IMG/VR virus record: IMGVR_UViG_3300025646_000015
Location: 1 to 64,000 of that record
Direction: 5' to 3' (one strand)
DNA: 64,000 bases
Source: a virus
The notes under the pieces are model-generated. The model searched no databases. It worked only from the letters and a program-made list of their open reading frames with translations, and had not been told where the DNA came from. A program made the translations under genes and the position numbers. Shown here piece after piece: positions 1 to 8,699 of the stretch; the stretch's first letter is position 1, and the number at the start of each line of letters is the position of its first letter.

Positions 1-531
1 AATTTCTAATGCGCTTGGCTTAAGTGATACGTTTGGCAAACTAGCTAAATCTTTTAGCGCTTCCAATTGACTTGCTCGTACATATTCACGTGTTGGAAAC
101 CAAAAGCGAATTGTTGGAAAGATTTGGCAAATCCTTTTCCATGCTTTGATATATACAACATTAAATAAATCTCCGCTGTCATGAACTCGAAAAAGTTTTG
201 TGTTTATGTTTTTAAGAGTTTTGCGGGTTCCGTCTTTCTTGTAATACTTTTTAAAGATTGCGCTTGCCATTGCTTTGACAAAAGTTTCTCCTTTGTCATT
301 TCTTAAACTATCTACAACAAAATCTGCTTTTTTCTGCAATGCATTCTTAGTGCCAGGAAATTGATAAAATCCTTTGCAGGCATAACAACTTGAACAAATA
401 AGTTTATCTAAATTATCTTTTGCTTTAGCTAAAAGAATTTTAGCCGCAGGACAAAATTTTAAGGCGGGAAGGTTAAAGCCAACGCAAGGCATCTTGCTTG
501 GTTCCGATAATAGTGTTGGTGTGTCGTTCAT
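1..531 (-). CDS. GP88-like phage protein (radical-SAM-like), partial, runs off the window
   Basis: Not in ORF track; translated by hand: MNDTPTLLSEPSKMPCVGFNLPALKFCP..ICSSCYACKG..FRVHDSGD..FWFPTRE. The Cys cluster plus HDSGD motif is typical of GP88. Confidence 0.75.
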   Translation of the reverse strand, partial: MNDTPTLLSEPSKMPCVGFNLPALKFCPAAKILLAKAKDNLDKLICSSCYACKGFYQFPGTKNALQKKADFVVDSLRNDKGETFVKAMASAIFKKYYKKDGTRKTLKNINTKLFRVHDSGDLFNVVYIKAWKRICQIFPTIRFWFPTREYVRASQLEALKDLASLPNVSLKPSALEI

Positions 532-573
532 AACCTTACATAACCATAAGATATAAATTAAGTCAAATTTTTT

Positions 574-756
574 TTAATCTTTTTTTAATGAATTTAAAAT
601 AGGTAAAATAGTTCTAGATTCATTTTTTTGTTTTGATTGAATAGTTTTGGCTAAAGCTAATGCCTGCGCTTCAGTTTTTACATTATCAATTAATTTATCA
701 AATATTCTAACATCTATCCAATTATCAAAATTTATATTTCTAATTATATGAATCAT
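574..756 (-). CDS. hypothetical protein
   Basis: ORF on the majority strand with an AGGAGG SD upstream. Confidence 0.6.
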   Translation of the reverse strand: MIHIIRNINFDNWIDVRIFDKLIDNVKTEAQALALAKTIQSKQKNESRTILPILNSLKKD

Positions 757-936
757 TTTATTTCCCTCCTATTTAATTTATTTCTGTTCTGCTTATAGTA
801 TAAGGAGAATGCTCTGTCAATCTATTTATTGATTCTTCTAATCCTCTTATTACAATTAGAATATATTCAAAGTTTCCTTGTATTCCCATTGGTTCGCCAT
901 TTTTAAGTATTTGAAACGTTTCCATAATTTTTCCTC

Positions 937-1125
937 CTATTTTATGAATTCTAAATCTTCCTGCATGGTAACAACTTTTGTTACTTGTGCAATTTCAAAC
1001 TCTTCCCATGGATCAAATCTAAGAATTGCTTCATCCTTAGAAAGAGCTTGTATCTTTGTTGAGTATTCATTTTCTCCATCAGAGTAAATAACGAGATAAT
1101 TTTTAATGTCTTGTGTTGTTGTCAT
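937..1125 (-). CDS. small protein of the (I/V)xAxSxxEA family
   Basis: KIQALSKDEA motif; TTGACT 28 nt upstream of the ATG. Confidence 0.65.
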   Translation of the reverse strand: MTTTQDIKNYLVIYSDGENEYSTKIQALSKDEAILRFDPWEEFEIAQVTKVVTMQEDLEFIK

Positions 1126-1167
1126 AACCTACATAACCATAGTAGTTAAACTAAGTCAAATAAAAAT

Positions 1168-1207
1168 GGAAGTTTTTTTGATAACGGAGAAAACTTCTAA
1201 AACTCCG
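1168..1207 (-). ncRNA. predicted H-type pseudoknot in a 3' UTR/intergenic region
   Basis: S1 CGGAG/CUCCG, S2 GAAGUUUU/AAAACUUC, A-rich loop 3. Confidence 0.4.
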
Positions 1208-1233
1208 ATGAACACCAACTAAGAAAACTTCTA

Positions 1234-1476
1234 CTAAATTCCGTACATCCTTTGGTACATATCAACATCCACACCATCTAATCCTCTAGGAATTCCTCTT
1301 TCCGAGTCTTCCATCAATCCATTTATAACGTCTCTAGCATTTTCTGCATCCATTGGCGCTAATTCATTTCTTGATTTAATTAGATTAACTTGTATTCCTT
1401 CTTTATTTATTATTACCTCTTCGTCTTCTTTTAATCTAAATTGTATATATTTAAGTGCTATATCTAAATCTTTCAT
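1234..1476 (-). CDS. hypothetical protein
   Basis: ORF track; TATAAT 7 nt before the ATG. Confidence 0.65.
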   Translation of the reverse strand: MKDLDIALKYIQFRLKEDEEVIINKEGIQVNLIKSRNELAPMDAENARDVINGLMEDSERGIPRGLDGVDVDMYQRMYGI

Positions 1477-1513
1477 ATTATTTATTATAATAAGATTATT
1501 TAGTTTATTCTAT

Positions 1514-1843
1514 TTAAAACTGCTGAATTATTACTCCGCCATTACTTAATCTAGGTAAAACTATTGTTTCATCTCTGAAGAAATCAAGAACCTCGTCATC
1601 ATCCTCAAATTCTTCATCCTCTAGTAAATGAGAATATTCTTGCTTTAATTCATTTAAATTAGAATACTCTGTGAAATCGCAACAAATTGAAATAACATCT
1701 AGCTCGATTTCTGATCCTGTGTCTGATTCTAACTCGGTTAGGAAATCAAATAAAGCGATCCTACCTTCTTCAGAGAAATTGCTTTCTCTATTCATTTCTG
1801 TAAATGCTCTTACGAAATCCCACTGTGATACTGTTTGGTACAT
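1514..1843 (-). CDS. acidic phage hypothetical protein
   Basis: ELDVISICCDFTEY; own TTGACG-17-TATATT-6-ATG promoter. Confidence 0.75.
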   Translation of the reverse strand: MYQTVSQWDFVRAFTEMNRESNFSEEGRIALFDFLTELESDTGSEIELDVISICCDFTEYSNLNELKQEYSHLLEDEEFEDDDEVLDFFRDETIVLPRLSNGGVIIQQF

Positions 1844-1878
1844 AATAATAATATAGTTTAGTTGTTTAGTTACGTCAA
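1844..1878 (-). promoter_or_regulatory. sigma70 promoter with the ATG at +1 (type example of at least 20 copies)
   Basis: TTGACG-N17-TATATT-N6-ATG, no SD. Confidence 0.8.
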
Positions 1879-1881
1879 GAA

Positions 1882-2097
1882 TTATCTGCCATTATTGCAA
1901 ACCACCCTGCTTCCAAGGGTGACAAATGCCTGTTGTAGTTGAAAATTAAAACCTAATGCTTGTAAAGCATCGGCATCTTCTGAGGTTATAGTTTTACGAC
2001 CTGTCAATCTTTGGATTGCATCTTTATGCTCTGATACAATGTAGAAGTGAGTTGTGCCGTAGTTGGTTTTTTCTTTGTAGAATATTGTTTTGTTCAT
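1882..2097 (-). CDS. hypothetical protein
   Basis: ORF track; TTGACT 29 nt upstream. Confidence 0.7.
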   Translation of the reverse strand: MNKTIFYKEKTNYGTTHFYIVSEHKDAIQRLTGRKTITSEDADALQALGFNFQLQQAFVTLGSRVVCNNGR

Positions 2098-2128
2098 AAT
2101 ACTAATAAAGCAAAATTTAATGTGTGAG

Positions 2129-2353
2129 TCAAATTAATTTTAATTTTTTTTTATCCTGCACAAAATACTGAGTAACCTTGCTTGGAAAATTTTCAAGAGC
2201 CATCAATCTCACTCCTTCGTTCTTGTAGATGCTCCACTCTGCTTGATCGTTGCTACCATAGTCTGCCCAACTATGTTCCTCATTGCCAACTAGCAAAAGA
2301 AAAGCATTTCTTGAAATTTCTACGGAATTATTAAAATTTGGTTCAATGTTCAT
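2129..2353 (-). CDS. hypothetical protein
   Basis: ORF track; TTGACG 29 nt upstream. Confidence 0.7.
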   Translation of the reverse strand: MNIEPNFNNSVEISRNAFLLLVGNEEHSWADYGSNDQAEWSIYKNEGVRLMALENFPSKVTQYFVQDKKKLKLI

Positions 2354-2414
2354 AATAGTAATAAAGCATATAGTTTAATCGGCGTCAAATAAAGTTTTAA
2401 TTTTTTTAAAGGCG

Positions 2415-2517
2415 TGCCATACGTGGCAGGAGTCGAACCTGCAAGAGGATAGTTGGCTCTGCAAAGCTCACCTCTCTTATCTCCCCTCAATTGCAGTTAA
2501 GGCAGAACACGTTGGCA
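2415..2517 (-). ncRNA. non-canonical tRNA-like cloverleaf RNA
   Basis: T-arm GCAGG-UUCGACU-CCUGC; terminal helix UGCCAACGUG/CACGU(A)UGGCA; two internal hairpins; promoter (TTGACA 2561-2566) and boxA-like element upstream. Confidence 0.7.
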
Positions 2518-2552
2518 TATATTAAAGAACTAAGATCAATAAACCATATAGT

Positions 2553-2789
2553 TTATTTGATGTCAAATAGTTTTTTCTTTTTTTCTAAATATTCTTCTCT
2601 TGATATTTTCCCACTAGCTAAAGCCATTTCATAACTTAATCTATTTAATTCAATTTCGATCACTAGCATCTTTCCTTCGTGATCTGGAGAAGGATTTATC
2701 ATCTCCAATACTCCATATGATTTAAATTCGTTGTATCTATTTATGAGATATTTCAATCTCTCCCTTGGTGTTATTTCTTCAATCTTCAT
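2553..2789 (-). CDS. hypothetical protein
   Basis: ORF track. Confidence 0.6.
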   Translation of the reverse strand: MKIEEITPRERLKYLINRYNEFKSYGVLEMINPSPDHEGKMLVIEIELNRLSYEMALASGKISREEYLEKKKKLFDIK

Positions 2790-2979
2790 ACCTATACAAA
2801 GGGAGTGAATTCTTATTTTTCCGTATTATTTTATAAAAAAATGAAATAATTTTAATAGTGCCCGCTTACCCGCCCGATACCAACCTGTTATGTACTAGAC
2901 TATTTTAACCAAAGGGTATCAAGTTTTATTTATACAATTTATTACGATTTGTGAAATTTTATTTAGTGTAAATACATTT

Positions 2980-3231
2980 GTGAGGTTATTAATTATTTTA
3001 TTTATTTTTATTTGCTCTTGTAATAATTCAAATAAATTAAAACCTAGCGATACTTTATTTAAAGAAGAAGATAAAAATTGGGAGAAGTTGTATGCTATTG
3101 AATTAGAACGCGCTTTATTTCATGAAGATGATATTGCCTTCTATTTCTTTTGGCCATATTACCTGCGTGAGCGTTATTTAAATAGAAACAAAAAAACCCC
3201 CCTCCCGAAGGAGGGGGGGTACCAACATTAA
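2980..3231 (+). CDS. putative lipoprotein
   Basis: Hydrophobic leader with ICSC lipobox; GTGTAA motif 8 nt before the GTG. Confidence 0.55.
   Translation: MRLLIILFIFICSCNNSNKLKPSDTLFKEEDKNWEKLYAIELERALFHEDDIAFYFFWPYYLRERYLNRNKKTPLPKEGGYQH
3190..3219 (-). terminator. intrinsic terminator
   Basis: CCCCCCUCC-UUCG-GGAGGGGGG followed by a U tract, after the DUF932 gene. Confidence 0.85.
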
Positions 3232-3240
3232 CCAAACAAA

Positions 3241-4122
3241 TTAGTTTAAATTAACCAACTCACTCCAAACTCTGTGCATTAAGTTGGAGTCTTGTCCCAT
3301 AGTTAAAGAAGTTAATCTATTCTCTGAAGAACTAGAACCATCGGTTGAGCGAAATGTCTTACCATGATTTTGATATTCAGTAATGCCATTGAGCAAATCC
3401 CAAGCAGTCTCACCTCTGTTGCCCATACCATTGGTGAAGCGCTGAAGAACATCTTCTCTAGTCTTCTCTGCTTGCTTGGTTTCACCTGCGAATAAGCGAT
3501 TTATAGTTTCCTTGGCTTGAGACCTAGAAACCTTAGTGTCTGCTAAACTATAAATAATTTGTTTAGTTTCTTCGTAGGTTGCTTTAATGTTTTCAATCTC
3601 ACTAGCAATATAAGAATCTAATTTAGATTCCATTTGGGAAGAATGTTTAACCTTTACACTAGATTGAACATCTTTAGCTACCATTCCATTGGTGCAAACC
3701 AATCTTTCTAACATTTTGTTTAAAGTATTCTGAATAGAACCATCGAATGATGTCCAAAAATAAATCAATTCATCCATAGTGTCGCCAACTTTAGGATCAA
3801 TCTCAATAGCATTTTCCTTGCGTAAGGTAAGATACATTCTACGACCACCTTTGGTGAAACCTGCCGTGTCAAACTTCATATCCAACTCTTCGCGAAGATT
3901 ATTTACATAACTAAATGCTTTCGCAGGTTGCATTAATTTATATGTTTTGTTTACAATAGCGACAGGATTATCGTTGCCATCGAATACTCCACGATAGGTT
4001 GGGAAATCATGAATTGGACGAAGAGAGTAATCATTCTCTGCTCCGATTGCGGTTAATACTTCACTTACTGATTCACAACTTGATACGTTCATTTTTATTC
4101 CTTTTGTTTGAGGGTTAATCAT
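3241..4122 (-). CDS. DUF932/DUF945-family phage/plasmid protein
   Basis: WTSFDGS, RLVCTNG, VKH, GETAWDLLNGITEY motifs. Confidence 0.85.
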   Translation of the reverse strand: MINPQTKGIKMNVSSCESVSEVLTAIGAENDYSLRPIHDFPTYRGVFDGNDNPVAIVNKTYKLMQPAKAFSYVNNLREELDMKFDTAGFTKGGRRMYLTLRKENAIEIDPKVGDTMDELIYFWTSFDGSIQNTLNKMLERLVCTNGMVAKDVQSSVKVKHSSQMESKLDSYIASEIENIKATYEETKQIIYSLADTKVSRSQAKETINRLFAGETKQAEKTREDVLQRFTNGMGNRGETAWDLLNGITEYQNHGKTFRSTDGSSSSENRLTSLTMGQDSNLMHRVWSELVNLN

Positions 4123-4176
4123 AATCTATACCAATACCTTAATCAGATAACTAAGTGAAGTCAAATTTTTTTTTAA

Positions 4177-4506
4177 TTAATTTAATTCGGGATCAATATC
4201 TCCCTGTAGTTTATATAGTATATCGTGCTTTAACATTTCATTCTCTTCTCTCAACTCTAGTACCGCCTGTCCCATGCCACCTAATGTAGCGCCAATTAAT
4301 TCAGTTAAAGTAATCGCCAACTGATCGTCTTCTATTTGATCTAATAAATTAATAATAGTATTTGTAACTACTCCAACAAATCTAGCCACTTCTTCATGAC
4401 TTTTGCTTTTTAAATTCTTTGAGTGAAAATCAACAGATTCATCTAATTTTTTATAAAATTCAAGTATTTCATCAGGCTCATCTGATTCTTCATTATCGAA
4501 GTACAT
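4177..4506 (-). CDS. hypothetical protein
   Basis: ORF track; coupled to the upstream ORF. Confidence 0.65.
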   Translation of the reverse strand: MYFDNEESDEPDEILEFYKKLDESVDFHSKNLKSKSHEEVARFVGVVTNTIINLLDQIEDDQLAITLTELIGATLGGMGQAVLELREENEMLKHDILYKLQGDIDPELN

Positions 4507-4754
4507 TATCTAAGTTTATATAATTCTTTATCTATTTCTATTATAGTCTTATTTATCTCAGAAATCAACTTCTTTGATCCTTTTATTTTATTTGCTTCGT
4601 CCAATGCTTTCTTTTGATCTATTCTTTTATCTAATAATTCATTTATTTCACCCAATCGAGTTTTATACTCGACGGGTTCGGGGTAATCATTTTTGCTTCT
4701 TCTTTTTTTCTTGGGCATTCCCCACGCTGAAAAATTTTCTTCTCCGAAATTCAT
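4506..4754 (-). CDS. hypothetical protein
   Basis: ORF track; GGAGG SD. Confidence 0.65.
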   Translation of the reverse strand: MNFGEENFSAWGMPKKKRRSKNDYPEPVEYKTRLGEINELLDKRIDQKKALDEANKIKGSKKLISEINKTIIEIDKELYKLR

Positions 4755-4757
4755 ATT

Positions 4758-5036
4758 TTAACCCTCCATTAACATATTTACAAATTCTTGCATATTTTCA
4801 CAATCTTCGCTATAATATGTATTTACACTATTTTCCATTAATTCTATTTCTTCGTAAATATCTTGTTCATTATAATCAAGAACACAATCTACTTCGTTGT
4901 CAAAATTTTCTGTTTCAACAAAGTTGTCAAAACCTATTTTATCTAAATATAAATCTATATAGTTTTCGGGGGCAGGAGTTTTGCCGTTGATGTTGATCCA
5001 TGATGCCATTGCTTTGATTGCTGTAATATTATTCAT
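4758..5036 (-). CDS. acidic hypothetical protein
   Basis: ORF track. Confidence 0.65.
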   Translation of the reverse strand: MNNITAIKAMASWININGKTPAPENYIDLYLDKIGFDNFVETENFDNEVDCVLDYNEQDIYEEIELMENSVNTYYSEDCENMQEFVNMLMEG

Positions 5037-5108
5037 AATGTATTAAGGTAATGTGGTTGATAATAAGAATATAACTAAAATTATAAGTAAAAGTACCATA
5101 AGTCAAAT

Positions 5109-5498
5109 TTAAAATGAAAAAACTTTTCTACCATCTAAAAGAACTGCATCAGCACTATGAACTGAACTACCACTCTCTTTCTCGTAGAAGAATTCGTTTT
5201 TATATGGGTTGTATGTAACTTCTGTTCCAAAGTTCTCGTTTAATATAGTATTAAACAACTCACTTATGTATCCTTTAATAAAAGCATGAACATTCTTTCT
5301 CCTTTCTTTAATTACTTTTTCCCTGCCCGCTTGATTTACAATAAATTCGCAATCAAATAATTTAATTAGATTAGTGTGAGCTTTAACTAATCCATCCTGC
5401 TGAACACTCCAACATTGTTTATGTAGATTACGATAAACTTTAATTGGTTTATTTGGATTAATTTTATATCTTGGGTCGTTAGCTTTTGTTGATTTCAT
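5109..5498 (-). CDS. conserved phage hypothetical protein (start revised to 5498)
   Basis: VYRNLHKQCWSV..GREKVIKERRKNVHAF; TTGACA 29 nt upstream of ATG 5498. Confidence 0.75.
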   Translation of the reverse strand: MKSTKANDPRYKINPNKPIKVYRNLHKQCWSVQQDGLVKAHTNLIKLFDCEFIVNQAGREKVIKERRKNVHAFIKGYISELFNTILNENFGTEVTYNPYKNEFFYEKESGSSVHSADAVLLDGRKVFSF

Positions 5499-5542
5499 AT
5501 ACCAACTATTACATAGGTAGTGATTCATGTCAAATAAAATAC

Positions 5543-5587
5543 AAAAAAAATCCTCCCCCGAGCCAAAAGGAAGAACTCAGAGGAGGA
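5543..5587 (-). terminator. intrinsic terminator of the ncRNA unit
   Basis: UCCUCCUCUGAG/CUCGGGGGAGGA stem followed by U8. Confidence 0.8.
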
Positions 5588-5617
5588 AGGAGGGGATAAA
5601 CCACGGAATAAAATAGA

Positions 5618-5794
5618 TGTGGGGAGGGACTACTGAATACCCTCAACTTTTGGCGTGAACATCAGTTCAATGTGTAACCTACTCGCACTACACTTGGATT
5701 GGACATCCTACCTCAGACATTTGTCCATCAGCACTCCACCATAGAGAAGCATATACCTTATCTCGAACACGAAGAGACATTCGGGTCACCCACA
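5618..5794 (-). ncRNA. structured RNA, probably manA motif
   Basis: GC-rich, no credible ORF; closing UGUGGG/CCCACA and 3' GAGGG-UAUUCAGUAGU-CCCUC hairpin. Resemblance to manA is from memory. Confidence 0.6.
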
Positions 5795-5878
5795 GGAAGG
5801 ATTATAAGCCCTTCCAAATTGGATGGAGCAAGTCGGCGCCCGATACTCAGTTGCCAACTTATTTGCTCCAAATTAAAA

Positions 5879-5961
5879 TGTTAAAGATCAATTTATTTGA
5901 TTTGATTGAGTTTGTTTCTCAATTATTTATCTATTATATACTATTATTTAATATTTGTCAA
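5879..5961 (-). promoter_or_regulatory. consensus sigma70 promoter plus boxA
   Basis: TTGACA(5956-61)-N17-TATAAT(5933-38); TGATCTTTAACA at 5879-5890. Confidence 0.8.
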
Positions 5962-6162
5962 ATTATTTTTTGAAATATTTTGTTGTTTATTAAATTGATT
6001 TAAATTTGGATCATGGCAAACATAACAGATTCCATGTCCTGCTTCGGGACAACTATGATCTTTATATTTAACATGAGATAATATCGGGCACTCTTTATTT
6101 ATATAATTATTTTTAGTACATCCTATATTAAATAGAATAATTAATATTAAAACACATCGCAC
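5944..6162 (-). CDS. putative Cys-rich lipoprotein
   Basis: NIGC lipobox; C/H cluster. Confidence 0.5.
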   Translation of the reverse strand: MRCVLILIILFNIGCTKNNYINKECPILSHVKYKDHSCPEAGHGICYVCHDPNLNQFNKQQNISKNNLTNIK

Positions 6163-6308
6163 TCTACCGACTCCTCTTCTAATTTTTGTAAATCATATAT
6201 TAAATCGCCTAATGCTTCTAACGCAGATTGAATATCATTTTCTGCCCATTTAATATTTTGTTCGTAAGTATTTTTGATTTCCGCTAATAGTTCTTTATTT
6301 TCTTTCAT
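6147..6308 (-). CDS. 53-aa protein (not in track)
   Basis: MKENKELLAEIK..; TTGACA 29 nt upstream. Confidence 0.65.
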   Translation of the reverse strand: MKENKELLAEIKNTYEQNIKWAENDIQSALEALGDLIYDLQKLEEESVECDVF

Positions 6309-6397
6309 ACCACAACAATACTAGAATAAGTTAGATATGTCAAATCTTTTTAAAATTATTTTAAAATTAATTAAATTATTTTAAATTCTGCTAGATG

Positions 6398-6571
6398 TTA
6401 TAAAAATTTATACAATTTATTTAATTCAGTAATTCCTATATATTTGGCGAAGTACGCACAAAACTCTGCAACTTGTGCGGGATTCCATTCTTCTTTCTCT
6501 ATTGTTTCTCCTACCTCAAGATAGTGTCCGTCTCGCCACATCTCTGTTAATAATACATTTTCTGTTTTCAT
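6398..6571 (-). CDS. 57-aa protein (not in track)
   Basis: MKTENVLLTEMWRDGHYLEVG..; fills the gap after the tRNA. Confidence 0.55.
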   Translation of the reverse strand: MKTENVLLTEMWRDGHYLEVGETIEKEEWNPAQVAEFCAYFAKYIGITELNKLYKFL

Positions 6572-6620
6572 TACTTATTTATTTAGTTTATTTTTGTTTT
6601 CTATTTATTTAATTTAATAG

Positions 6621-6694
6621 TGGGTTCTGAGAGGCTTGAACTCTCGACCTGCCGATTATGAGTCGGATGCTCTAACCAACTGAGCTAAGAACCC
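6621..6694 (-). tRNA. tRNA with CAT anticodon (Ile2-like, or Met)
   Basis: Full cloverleaf GGGTTCT..CT-CAT-AA..TTCAAGC..AGAACCC-A; G1-C72 paired, so not initiator; CCA not encoded. Confidence 0.93.
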
Positions 6695-6700
6695 CTTTAT

Positions 6701-7036
6701 TTATTTAAATATGTATTTATTTATTTCTTCTGTTAATTTATTTGATCTCTCTTCTAATTCTTCTATAAAAAATAATAATATCTTATTTGCTTTGTCTTCT
6801 ATTTCTTTTCGCTCTTGTTTATTTAGTTTCTTATTATTTAGTTTATACTTTAAATCATATATATGATTACCTACATTAGATAGAAAGTTAATATGAATGT
6901 CAAGTAATTTATTTAAGTCTTTTTTATCTTCTGTATTTAAATTAAAATAATCTAAATCTATTTCATTCTTTAATATATTTAATTCTTCTATATATTCTTC
7001 TTTTTCTCTATTAAATTCTTCTAAATTATTTCCCAT
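6701..7036 (-). CDS. hypothetical coiled-coil protein
   Basis: ORF track; low complexity. Confidence 0.5.
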   Translation of the reverse strand: MGNNLEEFNREKEEYIEELNILKNEIDLDYFNLNTEDKKDLNKLLDIHINFLSNVGNHIYDLKYKLNNKKLNKQERKEIEDKANKILLFFIEELEERSNKLTEEINKYIFK

Positions 7037-7044
7037 TTTTTTGC

Positions 7045-7073
7045 TTGACTAATTTATAAATGTGTGATATAAT
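7045..7073 (+). promoter_or_regulatory. orphan near-consensus sigma70 promoter
   Basis: TTGACT-N17-TATAAT with extended TGn; no + strand ORF downstream. Confidence 0.6.
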
Positions 7074-7203
7074 GTATATTTGTATATATTTAAGTCGCGC
7101 ACTACTGCAAATAAACTAATTACTCATAATAACCAACAACTTAATTTGTATATAAACTCTGTATAAATTATTGTATATATTCCCTTATATTCTTTATATA
7201 TAC

Positions 7204-7464
7204 TTATTGTTTATTAGATAATTTTTTCCTCTTGTATTTAGAAAGTTCTTGTAATTTACCATGAAGATGGGTAAAATCATAGAGTAAATGTTCCTTGCGT
7301 TCGTATCGGTGATCTTTGGGAACGATAGTCTCAAAAACTTTCCCTGCACATAGTTTTCCTGTGTGAATTGCCCATTCTCTAATGGTTTTGAGTGGTACAT
7401 TTGGAAAGTTATGTGAATAACTTGCTTGCCAATTTCCATACTTATCGAATACTGAATATCTCAT
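7204..7464 (-). CDS. hypothetical protein
   Basis: ORF track; preferred over the overlapping frame. Confidence 0.55.
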   Translation of the reverse strand: MRYSVFDKYGNWQASYSHNFPNVPLKTIREWAIHTGKLCAGKVFETIVPKDHRYERKEHLLYDFTHLHGKLQELSKYKRKKLSNKQ

Positions 7465-7519
7465 ATATGTTGTAATAATTTATAATATGTTTGTAATATA
7501 CTTTATAATTTATAATTTG

Positions 7520-7747
7520 TCAAGAGTTTTCTTCTATTAATTTTCCTATTTCGTTCATATTAATAATTTCTTTAAATGCAAGTCTTAAATTCATTTTATC
7601 CTTTGTATCTAAATTATACCAATTTGTCAAGTCTTCATTCATTTCAATAAATTGTTCATTTAAATATTGTTGTGTTAATTTGTCTGTTTGTCTTGCAAAA
7701 GATAAAACATTATTTACAAATTCTTCTTGTTTATTCAATATATCCAT
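7520..7747 (-). CDS. hypothetical protein
   Basis: ORF track. Confidence 0.6.
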   Translation of the reverse strand: MDILNKQEEFVNNVLSFARQTDKLTQQYLNEQFIEMNEDLTNWYNLDTKDKMNLRLAFKEIINMNEIGKLIEENS

Positions 7748-8189
7748 CTTCTTTCTTTCTAGTATTTTCTTGATCCGCTTTAATTGATTTTACTAAATCT
7801 TTAATATCTTGTTGTCCTAAACTTTTGAATTGTTTAAAATTCACATATATTCCATTAGCTTCGCTTAAAGTTCTCATGTGTTCTGCCCAATCCCCATCAA
7901 AGTTAGCTATCGTTTTAATTAAAATAATTAATTCTTTTTCTGTATAACTTGCATGAATAGAAGATTTAAATAAAGGTATCGCTCCAAAATGATCTGAAGC
8001 ATATACTTCATAAGTATTTAATTTTTTCTTTCCCACGCAACCTTCCCCTTGTAGGATAGAAAGAACAATACTTCCTATTCTATGCCTTGCCGACCAAGAT
8101 AATTGATCTATTTTATTAATATCCCCTTCTGTTGGAACAAAACTCATATAAATTAATTCTCCCAAAGATGTCTTTGGTATTCTGCCCAA
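7731..8189 (-). CDS. hypothetical protein, paralog of 8153..8434 (true start probably later)
   Basis: LSWSARHRIG..QGEGCVG..NTYEV..WAEH. Confidence 0.7.
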   Translation of the reverse strand: MGRIPKTSLGELIYMSFVPTEGDINKIDQLSWSARHRIGSIVLSILQGEGCVGKKKLNTYEVYASDHFGAIPLFKSSIHASYTEKELIILIKTIANFDGDWAEHMRTLSEANGIYVNFKQFKSLGQQDIKDLVKSIKADQENTRKKEDGYIE

Positions 8190-8434
8190 GTTTTATCTCC
8201 ATGCTTGAAATTTTTAATTAAATTAATTAATTCAATAACCTCACCTTCTGACATATACTCGCCAATGTCATTGAACCCTAACGGAATATTGCCATTCGAG
8301 TCCCATACAAGCACCTCAAAGGTATTTGAATGCCTTCTTCCATAACAACCTTTTCCTTGAATCATTGAGATCATTATATCTCCAATTTGATAAGATGAAG
8401 ACCATTTTAAATCATCTAAATCTTCTACTCTCAT
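8153..8434 (-). CDS. hypothetical protein, paralog of 7731..8189
   Basis: LKWSSSYQIG..QGKGCYG..NTFEV..WAEY. Confidence 0.7.
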   Translation of the reverse strand: MRVEDLDDLKWSSSYQIGDIMISMIQGKGCYGRRHSNTFEVLVWDSNGNIPLGFNDIGEYMSEGEVIELINLIKNFKHGDKTWAEYQRHLWEN

Positions 8435-8619
8435 TTGTTTTTGTTTAATTTGTCTTTTTTTACTTGTTGAAGTATAGCTAATTTTCTTTGAAACTCTCTT
8501 TGTTGTGCAAAGATTGAATCTTCGATTACAGAACCAAAGTTATTCCATTTTCTCTGCATGATATAATTACCATTGATAACATTGTTTGCTATGTTTGATT
8601 TTAAGGATTTACTACTCAT
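8431..8619 (-). CDS. hypothetical protein
   Basis: ORF track; ATGA overlap. Confidence 0.6.
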   Translation of the reverse strand: MSSKSLKSNIANNVINGNYIMQRKWNNFGSVIEDSIFAQQREFQRKLAILQQVKKDKLNKNK

Positions 8620-8699
8620 TTCGCAATATAATTTTTAAGGTTAATGTTTTTGTTATAATTTATAACTTAGCAAATAAATTCAATATTGTCAAATTTTTT

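Noticed and set aside
1168-1207. preQ1-I riboswitch
   Set aside because: Similar topology, but the ligand-binding loop consensus is missing, there are no que genes, and it lies upstream of the next promoter
2415-2517. tRNA-Cys or tRNA-Sec
   Set aside because: GCA-containing loops are not 7-nt loops on 5-bp stems; no D-loop and no UCA anticodon
5618-5870. RNase P RNA or group I intron
   Set aside because: No GAGGAAAGUCC P4 signature and no interrupted gene
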